A DNA stretch of 64,000 nucleotides, from positions 70,868,001 to 70,932,000 of the forward strand of contig NC_045697.1 in assembly GCF_009834535.1 (NCBI RefSeq), written 5' to 3'. Shown here one piece after another: positions 51,320 to 62,914 of this stretch. A program made the translations under genes and the position numbers. The DNA comes from Camelus ferus (Eukaryota). The notes under the pieces were generated by a model that had not been told where the DNA came from, ran no database searches, and saw only the letters and a program-made list of their open reading frames with translations. The first letter of the stretch is position 1. Each line of letters opens with the position of its first letter.

Positions 51320-51475
51320 TGATGTGAACTTTCTGAAGCATTTAATACGCAGTCTGAATATCGGAGAGGGGATAGAGCAGATATCTCCTCTAAACATTCT
51401 TGTCCACTGAAGCCTTCCTCGCAAAACATCTCATGAGACTAGTTTCCTCCAGAACATAATTTGAGAAACACTGAT
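51320..51475. mobile_element. MER5-like hAT MITE
   Basis: CTTTCTGAAGCATTTAATACGC...CTCCAGAACATAATTTGAGAAACACTG terminus. Confidence 0.5.
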
Positions 51476-53206
51476 TCAGGGTTTAAAACCCTACCCACAG
51501 ATAATAAGTGTTTAATTTTCTACATGTATTTCCTTTATATTAAAAAAATTTAAATTTATTACAACTATTTAGAATTTAACCTTGTGTTCAATTGCATTTT
51601 CACTCATCAGTAGTCTCTTTATGACTTCACCACGCCTGACCTTTTAATATTAATGTATGGCTTGGACTATTGGATCAGTTTTTCAAATACATTTTCAAGG
51701 ATGGTTCATGAATAAGACATTTTCTGATCTCCCTTCCAAATATGTGAAAATCTTTTTTTCTGTAGCCTCATTGTGTGACAGCCATCTTAGCAAGGTACAA
51801 AATTATCAGGTCCTGAAACCATGCCCTCAAAATAAGAGACAAAATTTGTTATGTAAGATTGCATAGAAGTTAGGAGCAAGCCTGAATTTATTATTTTGTA
51901 CGTAAGTTTGTTTAGGGATGAGAGCAAGGGGAGAAGCATGAAGTTAAACCCGGATACTCATAGGCCAGCTGTTTGTTTTGATTCATATTATTTAAGTATT
52001 TGAAAGGATGTGTATAGTGTGAGTATCCAAAATAATTTTGAACAAAATTTGCAAAATACATGACTGATTTACTTTGGAATCTCAAACTGTTGGGGCATAA
52101 ACATGAAAGGCATTCTTTTGATCCAATTATTGGTGCTTTCCATGTTCAAAGGTACCTTGCTTCCTACTGGCTCTCCAGCTTCCTGATTGACATCTTAGTT
52201 TACTCAAAATCTCTTCTATTCTAGAAAGTCTCATTTTAGTTATTAAAAGACAAATACATTATTTTTAACTCTATTCCTCTATTTTTAACTTCTATTCACC
52301 CCATCTTCTTCCCACAGGGTAGACTGGTGGTCCTGGGGTTTGAAGGGAAGAGGTTTGGAGTGAAGCAGAACTATTAGAAATCTACATTTACTGTCAATCT
52401 TTCATCTTAAAGCAGTTAAAACACAAGGGGAGACAGATCTTGCAGTTGCTAACGCTTAATGGCAACTCATTTTCCTGTGTTCTTCTTATAAACTTGTTCA
52501 TAACACACACACACACACTCACAGTTGGGTTATTTGCACAGAACACTGGGGAAATTGGGAAGGGGGTTGGGTCTTGGTCCTCTTTTACTAAATTTGAAAA
52601 ACACTTGGAAAACAACTGGCCTTCTGCAAGCCTGGATGAAAAAAGTGCTCTGAGATAGGCATGGGCCCCAGGCGGCACCTGGCAAGAAGTAGAAAAATGG
52701 CAGAGCAGTTCTAAACTGAAGTATTGTTTAGGAACTTTCTACCAAACCTATAGAAATGTTTCCCTTATCTGGCTTTTAAATTTTCAGATAATGATATCCC
52801 AGAGGTGCTTTAATAATACCCATTTATGTTTATGACATTCTTTCACCATATTACAAATTTACTTAGCTGCCCCATATCATATTTTTGTGTTTTCTATGAG
52901 TGAGTACTGCATTAACCAAATGTGAGAAGCATCTTGGCATTCCTGGCAACTATAATTCAAAATAATGTAGTCATATTCTAAACAATGTCCTGAAAAGGGA
53001 CAGAATAAAGGTATTATCATGTTGTTATGGCAATGAGAACATTTCAGTTTAAACACCCACACATCCAGAATTTTAAATCACACTTAAGCAACAAAGACTG
53101 TATTGATAAATGATCAATCCCTACTTATTCAGTCATTTCTGTTCGCTCTTGAATACTAATTGCCTCCCTTTAACTTTTCAAAATATTTTTAGCCTGCCTT
53201 TTTTTC

Positions 53207-53230
53207 TGTGTGTTTGTGTGTGTGTGTGTG

Positions 53231-53262
<32 letters not shown>
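53207..53262. repeat. Compound (TG)n(TA)n microsatellite at an L1 tail
   Basis: Seen directly, abutting the L1 3' terminus. Confidence 0.95.
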
Positions 53263-53263
<1 letters not shown>

Positions 53264-53896
53264 TTTTTTATTGAAGTATAGTCAGTTTACAACATTGTGT
53301 CAATTTCTGGTGTACAGCACAGTGCTTCAGTCACATAGGCACATACATATATTCGTTTCCATATTCTTTTTCACCATAGGCTTACTACAAGATATTGAAT
53401 ACAGTTCCCTGTGCTATACAGTATGAACTTGTTGTTTATCTATTTTATATATAGTAGTTAGTATCTGCAAATCTCAAACTCCCAATTTATCCCTTCCCAC
53501 CTTCTTTCCACCCTGGCAATGATAAGTTTGTTTTCTATGTCTGTGAGTCTGTTTCTGATTTGTAAATAAGTTCATTTGTCTTTTTTTTTAAGATTCCACA
53601 TATGAGTGATCTCATATGGTATTTTTCTTTCTCTTTCTGGCTTGCTTCACTTAGAATGACAATCTCCAGGTCCACCCATGTTGCTACAAATGGCATTATT
53701 TTATTATTTTTTCCATGGCTGAGTAGTATTCCATTGTGTAAATATACTAAAACTTCTTTATCCAGTCATCTGTCAATGGACATTTAGGTTGTTTCCATGT
53801 CTTGGCTATTGTAAGTAGTGCTGCTGTGAACACTGGGGTACGTGTATCTTTTTGAATTAAGGTTCAAAGCCTTATCCTCTGGATATATGCCCAGGA
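53263..53896 (-). mobile_element. L1 3' ~630 bp
   Basis: TTTTTATTGAAGTATAGTCAGTTTACAACATTGTG...CTCTGGATATATGCCCAGGA. Closely similar to 44448-45046. Confidence 0.93.
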
Positions 53897-54162
53897 TATA
53901 ATTTGTCACTTACATTGTGAATTTTTGAGTAATCACAGCATTCAGATTTTTAGTATGGATGCAGTTACAGTAGGATTTTGCCCCTTCCCACCCTGACATT
54001 TTTTGTTCCTGTGCTTTCTCCTGCTCAAACCGAGCTCCAGCCAAATTGAGATCTTTTCCATTTTTTGATCAACACATAATCTCTCTCATCTTAAAAAATG
54101 CCTCTAAAATATTCACACCATTGAGTTCATCCAATCCAGCAGCTTTTCCCTAAGACTTAGAT

Positions 54163-54349
54163 AAGTTGCCGGATGCAGCCAATAAAAATACAAGACACCT
54201 AGTTTAATTTGAATTGCAGATAAACAAGTTTTTTTTTTTTAACTCTAAGTATAGTCCCTCTATTGCATAGGACATATTTATACTAAAAAATTTGTTCTTT
54301 ATCCAAAGTTCAAATTTTACTGGGTATCTGTACTTTATCTGTCAACACT
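54163..54349. mobile_element. MER53 palindromic hAT MITE
   Basis: GTTGCCGGATGCAGCCAATAAAAATACAAGACACCTAGTTTAATTTGAATTGCAGATAAACA ... TTCAAATTTTACTGGGTATCTGTACTTTATCTGTCAACACT, with long inverted arms. Confidence 0.85.
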
Positions 54350-54419
54350 GTAGCTAGGACTCTCAATTCTGTAACTTTAAATTTTTCTTAAACTATACAT
54401 TCCCCCTCTGGAATGGCTT

Positions 54420-54444
54420 AAAAAAAAAAAAAAAAAAAAAAAAA
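54420..54444. repeat. Poly-A tract
   Basis: Seen directly. Confidence 0.9.
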
Positions 54445-55499
54445 GAAGTAGAGTTATCTGTACAGAAAGTAGGGCAATGGCCCCAGGCCCAGCCTGGCAG
54501 TCCTTGGTGCGACACCAAGTTCTTACCCTCCGCTGATATCCTGAGCCTCTTTTTCACTTTAATTTCACACCCAACTCTGCCATGTTGCTCAGTGTTGTCT
54601 TCTAGGTTCCCAGTCTACCCACCACTTGGGCTCGGATGGATGAGATCTGACTTATACTTGATATTCCTTCTGGGATGAGCGTAGAGAAAGAGGGATCCAT
54701 CTCAAACTTGAGTGCCTGGGGCCAGGACTAGACGTAGTAATGAGTGGGTCGGTGTGGCACAGCAGGAGCCAAAGCCCCGGTGCTGTGTGAGACGCGTGCT
54801 CATGAGGCACCAAGTTCAAGAGAGGAGGGAGAAAATAAGAACGGAAAACAGTGAAACGCAACATGATCTGCAAGATGAGGCAGCAGGGGAGAGGAGCTTC
54901 TATGGAATATTTATAGTAAAACTCAGTTTCAAGGAGGAAGTTGTTAAGAGGGCCAAGATTATTTGGACAATTCACTTTGCAGCTTTGGATGCCCAAGGAC
55001 GGTGAGATCTGTCCTCAGTCTCAGAGGTGGAAGACATTCTTCTCCTAGGTAGTTCTTTGATCTCAAAGCCCTAACTCCACTGCGACTAACAAAATTCTAA
55101 GCCCAGGTTTAGCTTGAGAACTTTACTTATTCCTTACTTAGAGATTCTCATTTTGCATCGCTTTCTCACTGCTGTCTCCCCACCCCATGTCCACATCTGC
55201 TTGGTCCTCGTGGTTTAACATAAGAAAAGAGATGTGTCATGGCCTTACACTATGTTAAAGATCATCACCATCTGCTAGGTGACAGCTACCTATATTCAGA
55301 TTATAGTGCCTAAGAAATCACAACCAGCTTCTAACAGAATGTGCATTATAGCCTTCATTTAATATTCTTGAAAACAAATTTAAAAGCTGTTCACTCATTT
55401 TAACAGCAAGGCATCCAAATAATGACTCTCATCAATCAAACAGAAAAAACGGGGGAGCAAAGAGTTGGTCAAAGTGACTTCTGTTTTCTAACAATCTCT

Positions 55500-55986
55500 G
55501 ACTGAGAATAGCTAGAAAATTTGGGAAAAAATATTAAAAAGCATTGGCTTAAAAGCATTAGGAAACTACCAACATATGGGAAATTTTCCAGAGCAAGATG
55601 TGGTAGAAGATGAACTCCAGAGATGTGTCATAACATCTGGGCTACTTCTGCATTTGTCGATTCTGGAGAGATAGCTGAGAAGTGCTTTCAGCGGCTGAAA
55701 TGGTGAAGGAGATAAAAATTGAAGTCAAGAACCCACCGAAGATAAGAGCCCTGGAAAACATCCTCTATGTTGGTTTGGGAAACCAAAGAGTTGTATCTGA
55801 GGATTAAGGGTGAACTAGAATTAATTAACCAACCTCCAAAAAGACTACAGCCTTATGAATCGTCTCATCTGCATAGCCCAGAAAATCTCAGTTTCAGAAA
55901 CCAGATTAAAGTGACTCCAGGTTGCTTGCACCCCTGTGAGCTGTAGATTTCAATAAAAATCCTCTCTAATAAAAGATGACATCATC
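55500..55986 (+). mobile_element. Old L1 5'-region fragment (L1M-type)
   Basis: AATAGCTAGAAAATTTGGGAAAAAATATTAAAAAGCATTGGCTTAAAAGCATTAGGAAACTACCAA...AAAAGATGACATCATC. Appears to resume CCTAGACTCTAAATTATTTCT after 57177. Confidence 0.55.
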
Positions 55987-56846
55987 TGTGGTAGAATTTG
56001 AGTACTTGACACTCCTATTTTCAATTATCTCTTAGACACAGGAAAAGATTGCACATCTCCAACCACTAGAATTTGGGAGCAGACATGTGACTTGCCTGGA
56101 CAGTGAAGTATTTAAAACCCAGTATAAAAATTTTCAATTTGTCTGGCTGGCCTTATAGATATGGTCAAGAAGGGTAAAATAAAGAAACTCTCAGAGGGCA
56201 CAGCCAGGGATGACAAAAAAATGGATTGGGGAACCCTTTCCAGAAAGCAGAATTGTCTTAAGTCCTCAGCATAGACAGCTGTTGAAATGTATTCTCAGGA
56301 TGGTCTGTGTTACTACAGCCCAGGAACTTCTGTAGGTCCCCTGCTCTTCCTCTCTCAGAATGAAAATTCTGCTGTAATTACTGTCCCTGTTCCACCACTG
56401 CATGTCGATATGAAGCAGAAGATCAAGAGCTTCCACATCTGGACATGATATAAAGTATATTGCATGTCACATCTAATCGAGAGACAATCATGCATCACCA
56501 AAAGAACCTGGATTTTCTGGTCAATAATATTTTGGAAGGGTCTTAGAATTAATCACCTTTGGGAAAGAGTGGGTGTATTTGACATGCAGCAAAAACAAGG
56601 AGCCAACATTTGGTGATGAGAAGAGCAGTCCGAGGTTGAAATTAGTACCTCTCCCCATTTCCAGTTTTTCTCTTCTTCTAAGCCCTTGTGAGGATTGTAT
56701 TTCCCCTTCTCCCTGCTTTGGCCAATGAAATGTTAGCAGAAGTGATATGTGCATTTACAGGTAGAATTATTTAAAATATGATTCTCTGGTTTTCCCCTAT
56801 CTTGGCAATTGTAGAAGCAGCTGGTATATGAAGATGCTATAAGATT

Positions 56847-56909
56847 ACTGAATTGCTATGCTGTACACAAGAAACTAACATACCATTGTAAATCAACTAT
56901 GTATCAATT
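56847..56909 (+). mobile_element. Short L1 3' end nested in the MLT1 LTR
   Basis: ACTGAATTGCTATGCTGTACACAAGAAACTAACATACCATTGTAAATCAACTAT. Confidence 0.85.
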
Positions 56910-56928
56910 GAAAGAAAGAAAAAAAGAA

Positions 56929-56988
<60 letters not shown>

Positions 56989-57019
56989 AAAGAAAAGAAA
57001 AGAAAAGAAAAGAAAGAAG
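56910..57019. repeat. (GAAA)n/(GAAAA)n purine tract derived from the L1 tail
   Basis: ~110 consecutive purines, seen directly. Confidence 0.97.
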
Positions 57020-59419
57020 TAGATTAAAGCAAGCTGATCAATTAAACATGTGAATAATAGTGATACCACAGAGTTAGTTGGTTCCCTTTACATGAGGAAA
57101 AAACAACTTCTTTTCGTTAAGCCACTGAGATTTTGAAGTTGTTATCACAGCCTAAGAAAGATTATCTGACTGATACTTTAACCTAGACTCTAAATTATTT
57201 CTCATTTCCCTTGCAAAGTAATGTTTTTACAGTATCTGCTTTTGTTCTGGTTGTAACAGTAATGTTTTCCCATTGAAAAGAATTGGAGAAAGCCAAACAG
57301 AATAAAAGATAGAATTCAGACTACCCAGAGTCATCACTAAAAAGCATCTTGTCAGCATGTTGACTTTTTAGTTTCTGTAGCCTAGAGTGGGACAAGTCAG
57401 TGTTTTCAGACGAATGGAAAGGCATAAGAGAAAAACTCCGTGTTCAATGAAGCATTACTGGTAATTAAAGGCCACAGATACAAAATATAATGAATTGGAA
57501 TAATTACCCATTCCTTCACAAATTTAGAGTGTTATGAGGCTCAAGAACTACCCTTTAGGCCTGTTTGTTTTTCTTTGAAGAGTACTTGCTCAAAGTTTAC
57601 TTTCTATTTACCAATAAACCACTTGGGTTATATAGTTCAAGTGATTTATTTTTTACATTCATGATTTATCTTATTTATAATTTCTCTCTCCAAGGGTGCT
57701 TTCCACATTAAATAATCAACCTTGACAATACATGAGGGCAAATGTGTGGTAGATTGACAGGACCAAGTTTACTTGATTTTCAGTCTTCCTAACAACTATA
57801 GTAACAGCATTAGGTGCAGACTGGGAATTTAGAAGGTGCATTGCAATCAGTCAGTTCTTCTGGACCCTCTCCAGTGACTTACTCTTATAAGCTAATCTTT
57901 GAGGGTTAAATATTCTAACTATGGCTTAATAAAATCCATATCTTTTTGCTGCTAAATCTATTTCAAGGGGCTTTACTTAACCAGAAGATGCATTTTAGTC
58001 CCTCAGGGGGTGCTTTTCTAGTAACCGTGGTGTATCTAACACTGTGCAGTAAGAACTTGAGGGAAGAGGATGCGTTGTGCTGGAAGGATTCTTACAGAAA
58101 GATGACACCTCAGGCCACATGTTTTTTCAGCTACATTTTACAAGCAGCTGCTCGTGTACAGCTAGTCTGGAGAAAAATGAACAATTTATGCATTCTGATA
58201 TCCTTTCAGCCAGACTGACATCTCATATGCCACGCGCAGACTGAGGCATGTAGATATGTATGCATGTTCCAAGGGTATTCTTGAAAATTGCCCTGGACCA
58301 TATGCTTCTGACCTATCTTTAATCCCAGTCCATCCCCATTTGACCCTCAACTCTTGGCTCCACGTCTGTGTCTGATCCCACCTCTGGCAGCTGAGACTTG
58401 GTGCCATAATTGGTCTCACTGGGATTCGTTTCTCAGCTCTGCCTAAAGAGATTTTTGGTCTAAATTCTGATTCTCTCCTTGGCAGGCTGTCGCGGATAGT
58501 ATGGCCCATCCTAATCCTCGCCTCTCATGACTTGGCTGATACCCTCGCCAGGCTGGCCCTGGGACTGTGATGGAACACAGTGCCTCTTTCAGAAATCATG
58601 ATTACTGCACAGTATTTATTCCTCCTTCTGCTCTTCTTTGTGTTCCCTACAGGTAAACAAAAGCCTCCGTGGCTTAGAAAAATACAGTAAAAATAGGGTG
58701 TAATAGCTTTAATGAAAACCTGGTGGGGAAAGTAAGATTTTGGAGTTTATTCAGCTGTTGAAAACACAGAGCTCATAAACAGGAGTTGAGATGACAGCAT
58801 CCCCGCTTCACGTTGCACTGCGTGTGCTTTATAGCTCTGCACACAGTCGCACTTTTTCCAAACAAAGAAAATCGCCAGGCCTCTCTGCACTTGGTATCAA
58901 TTTGACTGATCACATTCATTTCCATTATTACTTGAGGAAAAGTGAGCCTACTGGTTTTGACAGGGAGCTGGCCCTTTTCTGAGACCACATGAATATATTA
59001 TGCAGCCACCTGTTTTAAGAGCCAGCAAATTGGCCAGCAATTATTAACCTGCCTTTTTCTATCAAAGTGCTTAGAATAAGATGGCAATGATGAACAGGAG
59101 AGTAAAACAACACATTTCTCAGATCTGTTATTAACCATATGCAATATCACCAAATATATAAAATGGACATTTGAAAACCATTTCTCGCCTCTCTTTGCAT
59201 TAACAGGTTTTAGGGTAAGAGTTCCTACCGTATCGCCTATGAGAGATTTCCACCTACACTGACTTCCACCAGAGTCTGTAAGCTAGAGCACTTGGCCCTT
59301 TATAATCATTTAAAAATGAGGACACAGAGGCACATGAGTTTCAGTATCTTATTCACCATCAGCAAGAAGGAGGCCACAAAAGAGCACAAAGAAACCGACT
59401 GGCCCAGTGTGAATTGCTG

Positions 59420-59635
59420 TGGCTTCGGTGTTGGTGAGATCCAGGTTTGACAGCTGACTTTGACCTGAACACGTTGCGTGTTATGTGACTTTGGGCACCT
59501 AACTCACTCAACCACAGTTTTATAAGTAAAATTAGATTTAAAAAAAAAAAAACCAAACCTGTATCATAAGATTGTTGAGGAATATTGAATAAAATTATGA
59601 GATTAGCACATATGAAGTTATAAATAAATGGTGAC
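59420..59635 (+). mobile_element. MIR SINE
   Basis: TGTGACTTTGGGCACCTAACTCACTCAACCACAGTTTTATAAGTAAAAT...CATAAGATTGTTGAGGAATATT. Confidence 0.6.
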
Positions 59636-60009
59636 TATTTCTATTGACTCTTGTTTTACTAAATGTGCTTGGAGCCAACCCCAGTAACATCGGTCAGTAG
59701 ACCTGAGCACTGAAGTGCAGAGAACAGCTTTCCACCAGTCAAGGTGCTGAGTAATTATGACAGGGATTTTAGCGTCTCTGGGGCTGGGTTTAAGGATTGC
59801 AATATGGGAGTGGAGTCTGGACGAACTGTCAAGAATAGATACAAAGATGAGTGCTAGAGAAAAATCTCTGAAAAATGATTTTGTGACTGTTGATACAACC
59901 AAAGATATTTCTCTTTGGTTCTGGAAGAAGAATGGCTCTTTGTACAAACACTGCCATTGACTCAAAATGAGAGGGCTCTGTGGAATTTTAAGGTGATTAT
60001 ATAAGCACA

Positions 60010-60222
60010 AGGGTTATCTACTTGTGCTAAGTGGTTCCAATGCACAAACTCATTTAATTTTACCACAACTCTGTGAGGCTTTACCTCTTTTACACAGATA
60101 AGGGAAGTGAGGCTGTAGGGATTTAAATAGTCTGTTTCTGGTTTTTTGATTCATAAATCAGAGGCAAAGAGACCCAGGTCCTTCTGACTTGAAAAGTCAA
60201 GTTCTCACCATTCTACTATGTT
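60010..60222 (-). mobile_element. MIR SINE
   Basis: CTCATTTAATTTTACCACAACTCTGTGAGG...TTTTACACAGATAAGGGAAGTGAGGCT...ACCCAGGTCCTTCTGACTT. Confidence 0.75.
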
Positions 60223-60334
60223 TTGTCCCCAAGAACCAGGAGTGCACCAACAAAAATCATATCTACATTCTATTTAAGGAAAAAATAAGATATTAAAAAA
60301 ATGAATGTGCTTCTGCAGGAAATCCTTGCCACCT

Positions 60335-60376
60335 ACACACACACACACAAACACACACACACGCATATACACACAC
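60335..60376. repeat. Imperfect (CA)n
   Basis: Seen directly. Confidence 0.9.
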
Positions 60377-61184
60377 AATCAGATGTCATAAAATATCAGA
60401 GTATTTACTCAGAATGGGTTATTTGAGGAAGAGGAAAAGAAGATGGGGAATTAGCTTATAAACTACAAAAAAACAAGAAACAGTGGGGCTAAACTTTGAC
60501 TCTTTTATTTGCAATTATCTTTGCTATCACCTTAAGATGATAAAGAAGGGTCACTAACGTGTTTCCTATCAAGATGTTTCTAAGTACATTGAAGTTATGT
60601 TTCTTGAAGACTTTTCTCATAACACATTTTCCAATAGCATCATTTATCGTAGTTATGAACTATGCAAACTACTCATAATATATATTCATATCTTCTTCCC
60701 TAGAACAAGTTCAAGGATTTGTATTCTTTCTGGGGAAAAAAATGAGAAATGGAGCATGCAGGTTTCTGTGTCTCCCTATGAAGTTCTTTGACTCTGTAGG
60801 AAGAAATGTAATTCACTATTTAAGAAACATTTATTGAGCAGCTACTGTTTTCATGCCACTTTGCTAAATGCTAAATAGAAAAAAAGGGAGAAGATAGGTT
60901 CCTGGCCTTTAATAAATATATAATCTTGTACAAATGCCAATACTCTGGAATCATCTGACTATCAGTGCCACAGGGGAAACTGTCCCTGATCCTCTGCCCA
61001 GCCTTTCCTTTTTCCACGAAGCCTAATAACATGCTTCACCGTAAAATGTGATGTAATGTCTTGATAAGACAGTACAGAACTTCTGGGCAACCTCCTCCCC
61101 TCCTGACATTTGAGCATATATACAGAACCCCAATTCTCAGAAAACATTCATGTCTTCTGTACAATTTATCCAACATTCTGGGAG

Positions 61185-61415
61185 CACTTATTCTTTACTA
61201 GGCATTTCTCTGGGAAATTATACATCTGTTTTCATATTTACTTTCATAGTGGTTTGCTGTTAATATAGTCACTCCCATTTTACCAATAAGGACATAAATA
61301 ATCAGAAATATGAAATAAATTGCACAAGATCAAACCACCAGTTCACAGCAGAACTGAGATGTAAACCTGGGGTGTTAAGAAAACTAAGTTCAGTGCTCGT
61401 TTTACTGCACTACTT
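61185..61415 (-). mobile_element. MIR SINE
   Basis: CCCATTTTACCAATAAGGAC...AATTGCACAAGATCAAACCACCAG...GCAGAACTGAGATGTAAACCTGG. Confidence 0.7.
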
Positions 61416-61434
61416 TGTACTTAAGGACAAGTGG

Positions 61435-61805
61435 TGTGTCACACGAACAGGTCAGGCCCCTGGGAAGCAGATTCCAAGATGGAGATTAGTGCACAGGAAA
61501 GCTATTGGCTAGAACTCTCGGAATCAACATGATCAGAAGAAGGAAGGAGGCAGGAGAGTTGGGCGATGATGCAGTCATAAGAAGACCTCAGACAGCAAGA
61601 CTTTGAACTTGCACATCGACAAGATAGTGGATGCGCACTACCTTGGAAGGAGGGTTTAGATTCAGGATCTCTGCAGGGAGGCAATGCCCAAAGAGGGCTA
61701 ACACACCGTTGAGAGGTGCCAGTAACATTCACAGCAGCTGGGGGAAGATCCTTCCTTCACGAATCAGGAATTTGGATGGCACAGAAGAGCATTCCCACCT
61801 TACAG
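61435..61805 (-). mobile_element. ERVL LTR (LTR16-like)
   Basis: CTGGGAAGCAGATTCCAAGATGGAGATTAGTGCACAGGAAAGCTATTGG...GAGAGTTGGGCGATGATGCAGTCA. Confidence 0.6.
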
Positions 61806-62879
61806 CTTTGTGGGTCAGTCTCCCACACCAATTTTTTAGTGTCTTTGAACTATTTTAATTCAACCATTCACCATTGCAGCAAATCAACTTACAGGAAACA
61901 TTTTGTTTGCGTATTTTTTCCAGAGTGCATGACACCCAACTAAATAAACAAAAATAAAGTAAAAGCAAGAAAATGTGCTCAGTAATGGGCTAGAGTCACA
62001 GAGTGGCTGAGACCCATCCACAGGTGACATGGATCATGATGGGCGTGGGGAACGGCATTGCAAGCATGGAACGCTGGCGTCACAGGAGTCTGAATCAGGA
62101 AGAGAAAAGGAATTTGTCTGCCACTGTGTTTTTGACAAAACAGTCTCCTGTAGTTTTAAAAAACTACTCTTTTAAAAGCATGCTTAAAGATTGGTATTAA
62201 GAAAATAAAAGTGTGTTTATTTAGAGTCTTGGAATGCAGTCATGTTAGAATACAAATTCTTGGTCTCTATCCCACCACAATATCCTAGTTCACAAGTTAA
62301 CTTCATGAAGGAAGAGGGTGGCCTACAGCTGCCTTGGATTATTTGACCCAAAGTGTAATGGATTTATTATAAATCCAAGCTAAAGAAGGCTACTATACTG
62401 AGTTTCTCTCTTTTTCTTTGAAGGCTCTCTCTATTTTAAACAAATATAACTTAATATTAATCAGATCAAACTATAATTCATTGACAAGCAATTGAGGCAC
62501 ATGAGGTGTATCTTTGTTTACAGAGTCCTTCATTTCATGAGATATTTGTTATGTCTGTCATTTTTAAATTGTATTGACCTTCCGCTATACAAACTGCAGT
62601 TAGTGAGAGGAAGCTCAATATTGTATTTGATGAAATTCCTCAAAGATCTCAGCCTTTCAGTAGATGTAAAACAGGAGATTGTTCCTTCTCCCAAATCATT
62701 TCATTATTTTTAAAATTTTTATTAGACTCTTATCCAAGCAACGTTAATATTCTTTTAGGAGGAGTAGTTTGACATTTTAAAGCAGCACTGCTTTTTAATT
62801 ATTGGTGTGCAAATAAAGATTCTTTCATTAAATGATTTTTCCCAGTACAGGTAGTACAGCTCAGCAATTTTCCAACTTT

Positions 62880-62914
62880 TTCTCTAAATATGAAAATAAA
62901 TTCTCTAAATATGA
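62880..62914. repeat. Short direct repeat, 21-bp period
   Basis: TTCTCTAAATATGA at 62880 and 62901. Confidence 0.8.

Larger units (their letters stand above)
55987..57177 (+). mobile_element. MaLR proviral remnant: partial 5' LTR, MLT1-internal piece and 3' LTR
   Basis: TGTGGTAGA start and ACATGTGACTTGCCTGGACAGTGAA (LTR). GTAATTACTGTCCCTGTTCCACCACTGCATGT (internal-like). Second LTR TTTGGCCAATGAAATGTTAGCAGAAGTGA...AAGCCACTGAGATTTTG...CTGACTGATAC. Confidence 0.65.

Noticed and set aside
20845..51910. Isolated strong GTAAG donors (e.g. ~20852, ~29488, ~37410, ~50433, ~51902)
   Set aside because: No matching acceptor with an open frame upstream, and such motifs are expected at random in 64 kb.
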